Positions 28,751 through 39,640 of a stretch of DNA of 64,000 nucleotides are shown in pieces. The first letter of the stretch is position 1. The number at the start of each line of letters is the position of its first letter. A program made the position numbers and the translations under genes. The stretch comes from Acidobacteriota bacterium. Its GTDB lineage: Bacteria; Acidobacteriota; UBA6911; RPQK01; JAJDTT01. Location: contig CBDCLS010000004.1 in NCBI GenBank assembly GCA_965218775.1, forward strand, positions 1,146,152-1,210,151, written 5' to 3'. The notes beneath the pieces are model-generated. The model was not told the DNA's origin, ran no database searches, and saw only the letters and a list, made by a program, of their open reading frames with translations.

Positions 28751-30409
28751 TCATCCCCCGGACATCTGGATCCACCCCTGTGAAAGGGCCAGGGCCAACA
28801 GCGCCGCCCCTGGAGAGAGTAGAGCCAACGCGATCCCACAGATCCAAAGCCAGCCCGTCGTCAGCCGTCCGGGGAGAATTCGTTTGTCCACATCATGATA
28901 GCGCAAGTACAGGACCCCCAAACCCTGGACCGGGTACATCAGGACCACAATCATACTGGACATCATCAGCATCAGGGGTGGGTTTTCGAAGAGGCTGTAG
29001 GAAAAGGAATAGAGTCCCAGCGTGACGATGATCAGGACGCGAATCACCTTCAGGCGTCCCGGGTAATCTGCTGGATTGATAAATCCCAAAACACAGAAGG
29101 TGTCGGCAATCAGTCGGCTGAGGCCGGCCGCTCCAGAGAGGACGGTCGAAAACAGGACGACGAAGGCTCCCACCACGAACAAGGTGGCCGCCCAACTGCC
29201 CAGGCTCTCGGTGTAGACGAGGCTGAGTGTTTTGAGGGTCTCAGCCCCCTGGGGATTGAGCTCCATCCGATTCAGGATGGTGGCTCCCAGAAAGTAGAAG
29301 CAGATGGTGCCAACGGTGTAGATCCCCAGTGCGACCAGGACGTCGGCGTACATCACTCGGATCCACCCACGAGCCCGTCGCGCCCACTCCGAGTCCGGCA
29401 CGTTGGCTCCGGTGAAGCGAGCGTATCCCTTCTCGACGCAGAAATAGGTGTAGCTACACATCTCTCCCCAGGCCACTCCGGTACCGGCGTACATAGCCAG
29501 GGCAGTGAGCGCGACGCCTGCTGCAAGCGGGCTGGGGAAGGAGAAAGACAGACCTTGGACGAGGTCTTCGGGCGTGACCGCGTAACCCGTCCACTGCAGC
29601 AGAATGGTACACACGATGGTCGTCACCGTGAAGGTAGCGACCATACCCAGCGAGATCTTTTCGAGCACGGAATACTTTCCACTGATCAGGAGGGCGGCAC
29701 AGACCGCGGCGGAAATGACCGCCCACTTTGTGCTGCCCGAGCTGCCCAGAAGATCGGGAAATGCCAACTGCAACGCCTGGCCAGCGCCGCCGAGAATTGC
29801 CCCTCCATTGATGAAGAAAAGGAATGAGATCGACAGCCACAGACACATGAACCAATTGACGCTAGGTTTGGGCCCGGGCGTCTCCATACGGAAGAGCCCC
29901 CGTTTCCCCCTTTTTCTATGGCCAGCAATCACAGCGGCCGAGATCAGCGCACCGATAACAATCGTCGCCCCAATTCCAACCTCGGAAAGAGCTGTGCGGC
30001 GTTCGCCAAGCAGGGTATAGACTCCCAACCCCATGAAGGAGAGAAACAGGACCGTCGCCAGCCACTCGGGGCTCAACCAATCGGGACGCTGAAAGCGAGG
30101 CCCGGGGAGGTTGCCGAAAACCTGAAGAAACGTCTTTCCGCTCGAGATCGTGTGTCGGGTAAGCTCGGCCTGGACAACGAATTTTCCGAAGCAGGAAACA
30201 AACACCAGCCAGAGCATGAAGAAACCGGCCTCTGCCCCCAACTTGGTGGTCATGATGAGCTCACCGGATCCGACGATAGCACCCAGCAGGATCACCCCCG
30301 GTCCCAGATGTCTCAGCACCGACCCAAAGGTCTGGGGGGGCTCGCGAAAGCTGTCCTCACTGCGAGCGTAAGGATCTACGACTGGTTGCTGTTTCTCGGT
30401 GGTCGACAT
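28751..30409 (-). CDS. Nramp-like (APC superfamily) transporter
   Basis: LGPGVILLGAIVGSGELIMTT; many TM helices. Confidence 0.88.
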   Translation of the reverse strand: MSTTEKQQPVVDPYARSEDSFREPPQTFGSVLRHLGPGVILLGAIVGSGELIMTTKLGAEAGFFMLWLVFVSCFGKFVVQAELTRHTISSGKTFLQVFGNLPGPRFQRPDWLSPEWLATVLFLSFMGLGVYTLLGERRTALSEVGIGATIVIGALISAAVIAGHRKRGKRGLFRMETPGPKPSVNWFMCLWLSISFLFFINGGAILGGAGQALQLAFPDLLGSSGSTKWAVISAAVCAALLISGKYSVLEKISLGMVATFTVTTIVCTILLQWTGYAVTPEDLVQGLSFSFPSPLAAGVALTALAMYAGTGVAWGEMCSYTYFCVEKGYARFTGANVPDSEWARRARGWIRVMYADVLVALGIYTVGTICFYFLGATILNRMELNPQGAETLKTLSLVYTESLGSWAATLFVVGAFVVLFSTVLSGAAGLSRLIADTFCVLGFINPADYPGRLKVIRVLIIVTLGLYSFSYSLFENPPLMLMMSSMIVVLMYPVQGLGVLYLRYHDVDKRILPGRLTTGWLWICGIALALLSPGAALLALALSQGWIQMSGG

Positions 30410-30527
30410 AACAAGCTCTCGTCGGAGAGTGACAGCCTTTCCTCGGGATCTCTCAGCCAAGACTTTAAAGGTCGAGCTCGACCGGCGCAACCGCAGTTCC
30501 GCCCACCCAGCGCTGTGTCGGACCGGA

Positions 30528-30777
30528 AACCTGTAACCTGCAAGCTTCAACCTGTAACCAATTGAGGTTTCAGCCTAGTGTTGCCCGCGGGAGGGCTGGT
30601 CCCATTCGAGAACGAAACTTCGGGTCCGGCGTAGCGGTGGCCTCCAGGCCGCCGTCTGAGCCAAAGGCTCAGAAGAATAAGACTTCGGCCTGGAGGCCAA
30701 AGCTACTTCTGCCAATGAAGTTTCAGCCTAGTGTTGCCCCCAGGAGGGCTGTCCCATTCGAGAAAGAAACTTGGGTC
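30528..30777. repeat. composite repeat: heptamer tract, direct-repeat unit, REPIN (30631-30706), second unit
   Basis: TTTCAGCCTAGTGTTGCCC...CCCATTCGAGAA[C/A]GAAACTT at 30568 and 30721; homologous ~95 bp also at 20171-20263. Confidence 0.8.
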
Positions 30778-30992
30778 GGGATTGGCATAGATCTTGCTGT
30801 TGTCCGGCTCGCTCCCGCCTTCGTCGTCCTCGACGGCCGGAACTTGGCCTCATACTGCTAACGAGTCAGGTCGTTCGCGGCTCTGACGGACTTGGCTTCG
30901 TCATACTGGCAGTTCACCCCTTACAACTACTTTTGACCTTGTTTTTCCACCGGGTTACAATCGTTCGCGAAGGAGCTGCTCCAAGGGTGATC

Positions 30993-33900
30993 ATGACCGA
31001 GCGACCTGATTCCCGCTCTCCCCTACCTTCTATTATTTGCGTCGTTCTCTGTACGATCTTCTGGGGAATGTCTGCGGCAGCCTCCTCCAAGCTTGATGAA
31101 ACGGCAGTCGAGTTCAACCGGGACATCAGGCCGATCCTCTCCGACAAGTGCTTTGCTTGTCATGGACCCGATGAGAAGAAGCGGCTGACGAAGCTGCGGT
31201 TCGATACCGAGGAGGGGGCCTTCGCGGATCTGGGAGGAGGTCGCTTCGCGATCGTACCTGACAGTCCTGGGGAGAGCGGGCTTGTTAGCCGGATCACTAC
31301 CGATATCGAGGCACAGCGAATGCCTCCAGCGTACTCTGGAAAGAAACTCAGCGAACAGGAAATCGATCTCCTCCAGCGCTGGGTTTCTCAGGGTGCCAAG
31401 TGGCAAAAGCACTGGTCATTCATCCCGCCTAGACGGCCGGAACTGGCCAACCTGGAGAAGCTCGACTGGGCCCGAAACGGACTGGACCACTTCGTTCTTC
31501 AGCGGCTCGTGCAAGAGGGGCTGAGTCCTTCGCCCGAAGCGGACCCTGCCACCCTGATCCGACGGGTGACACTCGATCTGACTGGCCTTCCTCCAACTCT
31601 TGCTGAACTGGACGCCTTCCTCGCCGACGCCTCCACTGATGCCTACGAGAAGGTGGTCGATCGTCTACTCGAATCCCCTCGCTACGCCGAGAAGATGGCG
31701 AGCCGATGGCTGGATGCGGCCCGCTATGCCGACACCAACGGATATCAGACGGATGCCGAAAGAAGCATGTGGAGGTGGCGCGATTGGGTCATCAATGCCT
31801 TCGACCAGAACATGCCCTTCGATCAGTTCACGATTGAGCAAATCGCCGGTGACATGCTGCCAAACGCCACTCTCGAGCAGAAGATCGCCCGCGGATTCAA
31901 TCGCAACCATCGCGGCAACGGGGAAGGCGGAATCGTTCCCGAAGAGTACTCCGTCGAGTATGTGGTCGACCGCGTAGAGACGACTTCGACCGTGTGGTTG
32001 GGGCTGACGATGGGGTGTGCTCGCTGCCACGATCACAAATACGATCCCATAAAGCAGAAGGATTTCTACCGGGTCTTCGCCTACTTCAATAACGTGCCGG
32101 AGCGGGGACGCGCCTTCAAGTACGGCAACTCCGCACCCTTCATTCCGGCTCCGACGTCGGCCCAGTCAGAGCAACTGGAAAAGCTGGAAGAGCAACTGGC
32201 CGAGGCCGAAAAGCAGTTAGAAACGCTCGGTTCCGAGATCGAGCAGCTGGAGCGGACCTGGGAGGCCTCTTTGGCCCAGTCCTCCATCCTGGACTGGTCT
32301 TTCGATCAGGACCTGCTCCTTCGCTACTCACTCGACGGCACTCTGGCCGGCCAACCAGGTGGTTTCAAGGACGGCAAGCCGGTCCAGGTCCGGCTGGTCG
32401 ATGGCATGCCCCATTTCGTGCCGGGGAGACTGGGCGCGGCTGCCAGCTTCGACGGAAAGCGTTTTCTGGAAGTAGGAGACGTTGCCAAGCTGGGCTTTTT
32501 CGACCGGTTCTCTCTCTCCGCCTGGGTGTATCCCACTGCTCCCGACGGCCCCATTCTGGGGCGGAATGAGGACAAGCCGGAGGTCGGCGACCATGGTTTC
32601 AAGGGATATGGCCTGTATCTGAAAGATGGCAGGGTTCAGCTGAATCTAGTGACGCGTTGGTTGGACGATTCCCTTCGGGTCGAGACGGCCGAGCCACTGG
32701 AGCTCAACCGCTGGCACCACGTCGCCGCGACCTACGACGGCTCCCGTGTCTCGGACGGTACCAGGATCTACGTTAACGGTCAGCCCAGCGCTCTCAACGT
32801 GCGTCTGGACCTGCTCAACCAGGATTTCCGTCTCGGCAAACCCCTCCGGATCGGTGGTGCCGGTGCTCGTCGCTTCTCCGGTCGGATCGATGAGGTTCGA
32901 GTCTATACAGAAGTCTTGTCTCCTCGGGAAGTGGCCGTGATCGCGTTGACCGACAGTGTGAGCCAGGTTTCCGCTCTGCCTCCCGAAGTCCGCAGTCAGT
33001 CGCAGTCGGACAAGATCTTGTGGTGCTTCCTCGACCAGTACGCTCCTCCCCACATCCACAAGCCCTGGCAGCAAGTGCAGGATCTGCGTCGGCAGAAGAG
33101 GGAGTTGGTCCGCAGCTTCCCCACGGTAATGGTGATGCGCGAGGGGAAGACCCGCGATACTTTCGTGCTCGTGCGAGGTGCCTACGATCGACCCGGGGAG
33201 AAGGTACTACCCGGCGTGCCCTCTTTCCTTCCCCAATTGCGAGCGGGCTGGGAAAACAATCGGATCGGATTGGCCCGCTGGCTGGTTGCTCCTGAGAATC
33301 CCTTGACGGCGAGGGTGACAGTGAACCGTTTCTGGCAGACGTATTTCGGTGTCGGTCTGGTCAAGACAGCCGAGGATTTTGGTTCACAAGGGGAGTGGCC
33401 CCTTCATCTCGAACTGTTGGACTGGCTCGCAACTGATTTTGTGAGTTCTGGGTGGGACGTCAAGGCACTCCAGAAGACGATCGTGATGAGCGCGACCTAC
33501 CGACAGTCCTCGAAGGTCTCGCCTGAGGTGCTGAAGCGCGACCCGGAGAATCGACTGCTGGCTCACGGGCCGCGCTTCCGGCTACCGGCCGAGGTTGTCC
33601 GCGATCAAGCCCTGGCGGTTTCCGGGTTGCTGGTAGAGCAGGTCGGGGGGTCCTCCGTCAAGCCCTATCAGCCGGCTGGACTCTGGTCGGATCTGGCCGG
33701 AGGCGAGGACTACCAGAGAGGCGAAGGCAGCGACCTCTACCGCCGAAGCCTCTACACCTTCTGGAAGCGGACCTCGGCACCCCCTTCCATGACCACTTTC
33801 GACTCCGGCCAGCGTGAGACCTGCTCGGTTCGGCAGGAGCGGACCAATACCCCCCTGCAGGCCCTCAACCTGATGAACGACGTGACGTATGTGGAAGCCT

Positions 33901-34196
33901 CCCGAGTGCTGGCCCAGCGGATGATGCAGGAAGGGGGTAAGACGGCAGCGGAGCGGATTGCCTTCGCCTACAAGATGGTCACGGCCAGAACGCCCCGCTC
34001 CCGCGAGGGCGAGATCCTGCTCGAGGGCTTCCAGCACTACCTCCGAGACTATCGGGACGATCGCAAGGCCGCCCTGGAGTTGGTTTCCCAGGGTGAGCAT
34101 CCACGCAATCCGGCGCTGGACATCGCCGAGCTGGCGTCCTATACCACGGTTGCCAGCCTGATTCTCAATCTTGACCAGGCCATCACCAAGGAGTGA
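30993..34196 (+). CDS. planctomycete-type cytochrome c / DUF1549 / LamG / DUF1553 protein
   Basis: CFACHG, WLDAARYADTNG, CARCHDHKYDP, LamG RWHHVAATYDG, TNTPLQALNL. Confidence 0.93.
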   Translation: MTERPDSRSPLPSIICVVLCTIFWGMSAAASSKLDETAVEFNRDIRPILSDKCFACHGPDEKKRLTKLRFDTEEGAFADLGGGRFAIVPDSPGESGLVSRITTDIEAQRMPPAYSGKKLSEQEIDLLQRWVSQGAKWQKHWSFIPPRRPELANLEKLDWARNGLDHFVLQRLVQEGLSPSPEADPATLIRRVTLDLTGLPPTLAELDAFLADASTDAYEKVVDRLLESPRYAEKMASRWLDAARYADTNGYQTDAERSMWRWRDWVINAFDQNMPFDQFTIEQIAGDMLPNATLEQKIARGFNRNHRGNGEGGIVPEEYSVEYVVDRVETTSTVWLGLTMGCARCHDHKYDPIKQKDFYRVFAYFNNVPERGRAFKYGNSAPFIPAPTSAQSEQLEKLEEQLAEAEKQLETLGSEIEQLERTWEASLAQSSILDWSFDQDLLLRYSLDGTLAGQPGGFKDGKPVQVRLVDGMPHFVPGRLGAAASFDGKRFLEVGDVAKLGFFDRFSLSAWVYPTAPDGPILGRNEDKPEVGDHGFKGYGLYLKDGRVQLNLVTRWLDDSLRVETAEPLELNRWHHVAATYDGSRVSDGTRIYVNGQPSALNVRLDLLNQDFRLGKPLRIGGAGARRFSGRIDEVRVYTEVLSPREVAVIALTDSVSQVSALPPEVRSQSQSDKILWCFLDQYAPPHIHKPWQQVQDLRRQKRELVRSFPTVMVMREGKTRDTFVLVRGAYDRPGEKVLPGVPSFLPQLRAGWENNRIGLARWLVAPENPLTARVTVNRFWQTYFGVGLVKTAEDFGSQGEWPLHLELLDWLATDFVSSGWDVKALQKTIVMSATYRQSSKVSPEVLKRDPENRLLAHGPRFRLPAEVVRDQALAVSGLLVEQVGGSSVKPYQPAGLWSDLAGGEDYQRGEGSDLYRRSLYTFWKRTSAPPSMTTFDSGQRETCSVRQERTNTPLQALNLMNDVTYVEASRVLAQRMMQEGGKTAAERIAFAYKMVTARTPRSREGEILLEGFQHYLRDYRDDRKAALELVSQGEHPRNPALDIAELASYTTVASLILNLDQAITKE

Positions 34197-34199
34197 TTC

Positions 34200-35672
34200 A
34201 TGGATCCCAGGCTGTTTCGCCGATTATCGATGACTCGCCGCCACTTCTTCGGATTGGGGAGCGCCGGCATAGGTACCGCGGCCCTGGCCAGCCTTCTAGA
34301 CCGCAGTCTGCTGGGCAAGACCGGTCTGAAAGCTTCCGGTGATGGCTCCTCTCAGGGCGGGTTGTCGGGCCTCCCGCATTTCACGCCGAAGGCCAAGAGG
34401 GTCATCTATCTGTTCCAATCGGGCGCTCCTTCCCAGATGGACCTGTTCGACTACAAACCAAAGCTGCAGAGTCTGGCCGGTAGCGAATTGCCCGACTCGA
34501 TCCGTAAGGGACAGCGTTTGACCGGGATGACGGCCACGCAGTCCAGCTTTCCGGTGGCTCCATCGGTGTTCCAGTTTGCCCGGCACGGTGCCTCCGGGGC
34601 CTGGGTCAGCGAGTTAATGCCGCATACGGCCAAGATTGTAGACGAGCTGTCGTTCATCAAATCGATGCACACCGAGGCCATCAACCATGATCCCGCAATC
34701 ACGTTCTTCCAGACCGGAGCCCAATTGGCAGGACGGCCTAGTATCGGATCCTGGCTTTCCTACGGTCTGGGAAGCGAAAACCGGGATCTTCCCACCTTCG
34801 TAGTAATGGTCTCCAGTGGCGAGGACGGTGCTGGACAGCCGCTCTACGATCGACTCTGGGGCAGCGGTTTTCTCCCCACCCGCTACCAGGGGGTCAAGTT
34901 TCGCTCGATTGGCGACCCCGTGCTGTACCTGTCGAATCCGCCGGGTATGAGCCAACCCAATCGACGCCGCTTTCTGGACGACCTGAACCAACTCAACCAG
35001 CTGCAGCTGGAGGAGTTTGGGGATCCTGAGATTGCGACCCGGATCGAGCAGTATGAGATGGCCTATCGAATGCAGGCGTCCGTCCCCAAACTGACTGACC
35101 TCTCGGGCGAGCCCGAGCACGTATTCAAGCTCTACGGTCCTGAGGCGAGAAAGCCCGGGACGTATGCCTACAACTGCCTGCTGGCCCGTCGTCTGGCAGA
35201 GCGCGGGGTCCGCTTCATTCAGCTCTTTCACCGCGGCTGGGACCAGCACAGCACGCTGCCCAAGGAAATCAAGGTACAGTGCCAGGACACCGATCAAGCT
35301 TCAGCGGCCCTGGTGCAGGATCTGAAGGAACGGGGTATGCTGGAGGACACCCTGGTAGTCTGGGGAGGAGAGTTCGGCAGGACGGTCTATTCACAGGGCA
35401 AGCTGACGGCAACGGACTACGGACGCGATCACCACCCCCGCTGCTTTTCCGTCTGGTTGGCAGGCGGAGGCATCAAGCCAGGTGTCCAGTACGGTGAAAC
35501 CGACGATTACGGCTACAACATTACGAGCGATCCGGTCCACGTCCACGATCTGCAAGCGACCCTGCTCCACTGTCTGGGCGTCGATCACACCAGGCTGACC
35601 TTCAAGTATCAAGGGCGCGATTTCCGCCTTACCGATATCCACGGAAACCTGGTAAAGAAGCTCCTCGTTTAG
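34200..35672 (+). CDS. DUF1501 protein (Tat-like signal)
   Basis: [38 protein letters not shown]. Confidence 0.93.
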   Translation: MDPRLFRRLSMTRRHFFGLGSAGIGTAALASLLDRSLLGKTGLKASGDGSSQGGLSGLPHFTPKAKRVIYLFQSGAPSQMDLFDYKPKLQSLAGSELPDSIRKGQRLTGMTATQSSFPVAPSVFQFARHGASGAWVSELMPHTAKIVDELSFIKSMHTEAINHDPAITFFQTGAQLAGRPSIGSWLSYGLGSENRDLPTFVVMVSSGEDGAGQPLYDRLWGSGFLPTRYQGVKFRSIGDPVLYLSNPPGMSQPNRRRFLDDLNQLNQLQLEEFGDPEIATRIEQYEMAYRMQASVPKLTDLSGEPEHVFKLYGPEARKPGTYAYNCLLARRLAERGVRFIQLFHRGWDQHSTLPKEIKVQCQDTDQASAALVQDLKERGMLEDTLVVWGGEFGRTVYSQGKLTATDYGRDHHPRCFSVWLAGGGIKPGVQYGETDDYGYNITSDPVHVHDLQATLLHCLGVDHTRLTFKYQGRDFRLTDIHGNLVKKLLV

Positions 35673-35820
35673 CGTTCCTCCCTTGCCGGTGCCCGTTTCC
35701 ACCACTGTTTCCCCTTCCCCGGTCGGAACCTCAATGGTATGTGGCGGCGAACAGCTGACTCGTAGCCAACTCAACAAGAAGATGAAGCGGGCAAGGGCAC
35801 GGGCAAAGGCAAGGGAGAAC
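35672..35820. repeat. hexamer-repeat (GGCAAG/GGCACG) imperfect palindrome between convergent genes
   Basis: CTCCCTTGCCGGTGCCCG left arm versus GGGCAAGGGCACGGGCAAAGGCAAGGGAG right arm. Confidence 0.6.
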
Positions 35821-35841
35821 TGGGATCAGAAGTGCGACGAA

Positions 35842-37239
35842 TTATCGTCCCAACGCCGCCGCCATTTCTTCCACAGTGGTGAACTTGACTCTAGGCCTAC
35901 CCGATTGGAGCCCTTTCTCCCGCTCGATCTCGTCTATCCGCTGCCAATCTGCGTAGGAAAAGTAGTCGGGACGGTTCCGTCGAATCAGTGTCTCGGTATC
36001 GCTGCTCCCCTGGTGCGAGGGCTTTAATGTCAGCCCCGCCTTCAGGTCTTCAAGCATGCAGGATACGGTTTCCAGGGCGTCCGGCTTGTTGGTGCCGATG
36101 ACTCCGTTGGGCCCGCGCTTGATCCAGCCTGCCGTGTATTCACCTACGATGGGCTTCCGAGACTCAGTCTCCACAACTCGACCCTTCTCGTTGAGGATCA
36201 CACCCCATTTCGGATTGAAGGGAATGTCTGAGAGTGGCAGGCCCTTATAGCCAATGGATCTGAACACCAGGCCAACCTCGAGTTCCTCGAACGTATCAGT
36301 GGCTCTGGGGCGGAGCGTTCCCATGTCGGTGGAATAGAGTTCGTTCTTGACCAGTTGCAGAGCCCTCACCTGACCTGAGCTGCCCAGGATCTCTACCGGA
36401 GAAACCAGGAAGCGAAGGTGGATAGTGCGCGACTGCCCAGCCCGCTCGCGAGAGGCAATCTCCTCCAGAATCTCGATTCTCTTCAATGCGACCCAATCGT
36501 TTTCTCCCTGTAACGCCTGCTGGCTCAGGGAGTCGGGCGTCGCTTCCTCCGGAGGAATAGTGACGTGGACATCATCCAGCCCCCCAAGTTCCTTGATCTC
36601 AGGATTGGTAAAGGCCGCCTGTGCCGGCCCCCGTCGTCCCAGCATGTAGACTTCTCGCACCCGGCTTTGCCGGAGGTACTCGAGGGCATAATCCGCAATG
36701 TCCGTCTGCGCCAATTCCTCCGGGGTACGACTCAGAATCCGGATCACGTCAACAGCCACGTTGCCCATGCCGACTACTGCTGCCCGCTCCTGGGACAAGT
36801 CGAACTCATAGTCACGAAAGTCGGGGTGGCCGTTGTACCAGGCCACGAAATCGGTGGCTGAATAGCTGCCCTTCAGGTTCTCGCCGGGTATGCCGAGGTT
36901 GCGGTCTGATGGGGCGCCCGTGGTGTAGATGATCTGGTGATAGTGGTCTCGCAGCTGGGCCCGGGTAATGTCGCGTCCCAACCCAACCTGGCCAAAGAAT
37001 CTGAAGCGGGGATTGGCTGCAGTCCGGTCGAAAGTCTTGGTGACGGCCTTGATCCGCTGATGATCGGGAGCGACGCCATTTCGAACCAGACCGAAAGGCG
37101 TCGGGAGACGATCGAACATGTCGATCTCGACGATGATCCGGTCCTGCCTGAATAGATGCTCTGCGGTATAGAAACCTGCTGGTCCCGCACCAATAATCGC
37201 GACCCGCAGGGGGCAGGCGCTGGTACCTGGCTTGACCAT
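35842..37239 (-). CDS. ferredoxin-NADP+ reductase, adrenodoxin reductase/FprA type
   Basis: GAGPAG, PFGLVRNGVAPDH, GMGNVAVD, GWIKRGPNGVIGTN. Confidence 0.93.
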   Translation of the reverse strand: MVKPGTSACPLRVAIIGAGPAGFYTAEHLFRQDRIIVEIDMFDRLPTPFGLVRNGVAPDHQRIKAVTKTFDRTAANPRFRFFGQVGLGRDITRAQLRDHYHQIIYTTGAPSDRNLGIPGENLKGSYSATDFVAWYNGHPDFRDYEFDLSQERAAVVGMGNVAVDVIRILSRTPEELAQTDIADYALEYLRQSRVREVYMLGRRGPAQAAFTNPEIKELGGLDDVHVTIPPEEATPDSLSQQALQGENDWVALKRIEILEEIASRERAGQSRTIHLRFLVSPVEILGSSGQVRALQLVKNELYSTDMGTLRPRATDTFEELEVGLVFRSIGYKGLPLSDIPFNPKWGVILNEKGRVVETESRKPIVGEYTAGWIKRGPNGVIGTNKPDALETVSCMLEDLKAGLTLKPSHQGSSDTETLIRRNRPDYFSYADWQRIDEIEREKGLQSGRPRVKFTTVEEMAAALGR

Positions 37240-37288
37240 CTTCAATGACTTCCTCTACCGGAAAGATGCGTGGGGCAGGATGCAGGGT

Positions 37289-37723
37289 TCAAACCGTGGA
37301 AAGCCGGGTCTGGAGAGATTCGACTTGGCCTTCATACTGGTCTCGCTGTGTCCGGACGACATCCATGATCGAGATGATGCCAACGAGCTCGCCGTTGTCG
37401 ACTACGGGGAGATGGCGGAACCTCTTTTCGGTCATGGTACGAGCCACAAGCCTTGCGTCGTCGGTGGGGCTGGTGATGATCACTTCTTGGGTCATGAGAC
37501 TGTCTACCCGCTGGTCGAACACCGCGTCGTCCCCGGCCGCTCCGCGAACGATATCTCTCTCAGAAAGGATGCCCATGGGATGATTGGTCTCATTTACTAC
37601 AACCAGGGCGCCGATGTTATGTCGGGCTAGTAGAGCGAGTGCCTCCCTGATTGAATCATCAGGGCGGACGACGACGACGCTCGAGCATTTGGTAGCGAGA
37701 ATTCTTGCAACGTTCATCTTCAT
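37289..37723 (-). CDS. CBS-domain protein
   Basis: GALVVV, GILSERD, RFRHLPVV, GIISIMD. Confidence 0.92.
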   Translation of the reverse strand: MKMNVARILATKCSSVVVVRPDDSIREALALLARHNIGALVVVNETNHPMGILSERDIVRGAAGDDAVFDQRVDSLMTQEVIITSPTDDARLVARTMTEKRFRHLPVVDNGELVGIISIMDVVRTQRDQYEGQVESLQTRLSTV

Positions 37724-37795
37724 GAGAACTTCCTCTTCGATGCCCGGCCTCATCATACTGTTGGAGAGGCTTGGGTTCAACGGCAAGGGCCGGTC

Positions 37796-38221
37796 CTACT
37801 CGTCTTCCGGACCCACCCGAGATCGGACTTGCTTTACCTTGCTGCGGTGACGCTTGGCGTGTAGCCTTCGCTCACCTGCGGCCCGGGTAGCGATCGTCGG
37901 GATCCGAGGAGTTGTTTGAGCAAGAGCCTCTGACAGCAGGCGTACAAACCGCTCCTGAGCATCCTTCCGGTTCAAGTGTTGGCTGCGGTGACGCTGGCAG
38001 ACGACCCGAAGTATCCCGGCTCGATTGATCCGGGTACTTAGACGGCTTCCAACGCGCCGCTTTTCCTCCTCGGTAAGACTGTCTGTCTTTTCCAGGTTGA
38101 ACAACAGCGTGACGCGGCTGCTGACCTTGTTGACGTGCTGGCCACCAGGCCCACTGCTTCTGGCAGCGGTAAAGTGGATCTCATCGTCCGGGATTGAAAG
38201 GCCAGGGTTGATCTGGACCAT
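37796..38221 (-). CDS. arfB: alternative ribosome-rescue peptidyl-tRNA hydrolase ArfB
   Basis: RSSGPGGQHVNK, RSQHLNR, basic C-terminal tail. Confidence 0.93.
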   Translation of the reverse strand: MVQINPGLSIPDDEIHFTAARSSGPGGQHVNKVSSRVTLLFNLEKTDSLTEEEKRRVGSRLSTRINRAGILRVVCQRHRSQHLNRKDAQERFVRLLSEALAQTTPRIPTIATRAAGERRLHAKRHRSKVKQVRSRVGPEDE

Positions 38222-38231
38222 TGGAAACTGA

Positions 38232-38990
38232 CTATAACCTTCCGAGAACGACCATGGAGCCCGTGGGCTGAGGACTTCCTCCCTTGGGCTCTATGGTCAG
38301 CGCGAATGCTTCGAGCGCCACGACTCCCGCAGGTAGATTCAGCTGGAGTTCGGTGACCTGACCCAGGCCTTGGAAAACGGTCGAAGCGTGAGGTGCCTTA
38401 TCCTTCTCGATCACCCAGAGCTGAAAATCTTGTTCGTCACTCAGTGTGGGAAGGTTGTGCAGGAAGACAGTCGCTCGTTCCTCCTCGGTCTGGACAAACA
38501 CACTCCCGGCGACTGATTCATAGTCGGTGAGTCCCACCAGATTGACGAATTTGAGGTCTGGACGCGCTAGCTCGTTCACCTTGATGTTCAGGCCTCGATT
38601 GGCAATACGCAGCCGCTCGATCTCGGCTTGTAAAGAGCTGATCGTAAGGTCCTTTTGATAGCTGGTCTGGTAGAAGCGGACCAGGGCCGCTGCCCCCAGG
38701 ACAAGCAGGATGGAAGCGGCAATCGCCGCGGGCCGCCACCAGGATCCCCTGTGCTCAACGGGGCGATGCGTCTTGGAGATCTCCTCGAACAGACCTTCCT
38801 TTACAGAGGGCGGGGGGGTGCTTCGGGGCAAGGCGTGCGGGAGGCTGTGGAGTATCTCCTCCAGTTCTGCCAGCTTCTCCCTGCACTCCAGACACTCGAC
38901 CAGATGGTCTTCGAACTCTCGAGCCTGAGGCTCTACCAGAGTCCCAAGGAAGTATTCGACGTAGTGCTCTCCAAATCTTTGCTCAGTCAT
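38232..38990 (-). CDS. anti-sigma factor, RskA-like (zf-HC2, TM, RskA domain)
   Basis: HLVECLEC, TM segment, FQLWVI, FALTIEPKGGSPQPT. Confidence 0.9.
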   Translation of the reverse strand: MTEQRFGEHYVEYFLGTLVEPQAREFEDHLVECLECREKLAELEEILHSLPHALPRSTPPPSVKEGLFEEISKTHRPVEHRGSWWRPAAIAASILLVLGAAALVRFYQTSYQKDLTISSLQAEIERLRIANRGLNIKVNELARPDLKFVNLVGLTDYESVAGSVFVQTEEERATVFLHNLPTLSDEQDFQLWVIEKDKAPHASTVFQGLGQVTELQLNLPAGVVALEAFALTIEPKGGSPQPTGSMVVLGRL

Positions 38991-39543
38991 TGCGAAAAAC
39001 CGGTGTCAATCTTCTCCGTAGCTTCTCGAGTCCCAGTTGGATTCGAGTCTTCACGGTTCCCAGGGGTTCCTCCAGGGTCTCGGCGATCTGCCGATGGGAG
39101 AGTCCATCATAGTAGGCAAGGTAGATCGCTTGCTTTTGCTCTTCCGGAATCTCCGACAGCGCCTGCAGGACGATCTCCCGCCGTTGACCTCGAATCGCCT
39201 TCGACAGGGGATTCTTCTGTTCCGAACTATCGACGGCCTCTGGGATCTCCTCAGCCAGGGAAACCTCTCTGGATCGGCTTTCTTTTCTCCATTCGTCGAT
39301 CGCGAGGTTCCTGGCGATCGCGAAGAGCCAGGTTGAGACGCTTGCTAGTTTGGGATCATACCGTTCTGCCTTCTCCCAGACCGAGACGAAGGTGTGCTGC
39401 ACCACGACCTCTGCCGAATTCTGGTTCCGAAGGATTCTCAGCGCCAGGCTGTAGATGGCTCCTGAATGGACGTCGTATAGATCGGAAAGCGCTTGTGCAT
39501 CCCTGAAAGCGATCTTACGCAGGAGGAGCCAGTCTTGAGGCAT
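38983..39543 (-). CDS. ECF sigma-70 factor (SigK-like; start uncertain)
   Basis: WLFAIARNLAID, YYDGLSHRQIAE, PLGTVKTRI. Confidence 0.92.
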   Translation of the reverse strand: MPQDWLLLRKIAFRDAQALSDLYDVHSGAIYSLALRILRNQNSAEVVVQHTFVSVWEKAERYDPKLASVSTWLFAIARNLAIDEWRKESRSREVSLAEEIPEAVDSSEQKNPLSKAIRGQRREIVLQALSEIPEEQKQAIYLAYYDGLSHRQIAETLEEPLGTVKTRIQLGLEKLRRRLTPVFRND

Positions 39544-39640
39544 CGGTATTGTTTTCGACCTGGGTGGATGCATTGTATTGAACCGCCACTCCCAGAGCAA
39601 ACCGGTAGGGCTCGATTGGGCGTACCTGTTTAGTGCCTAA

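Noticed and set aside
28895-29827. 310-aa ORF on the + strand (and similar long shadows at 49639-50547 and 53423-54349)
   Set aside because: Antisense to well-supported genes; expected in high-GC DNA.
30528-30777. Possible CRISPR array from direct repeats
   Set aside because: Only two ~57-bp imperfect units, the spacer is a REPIN, and there are no cas genes.
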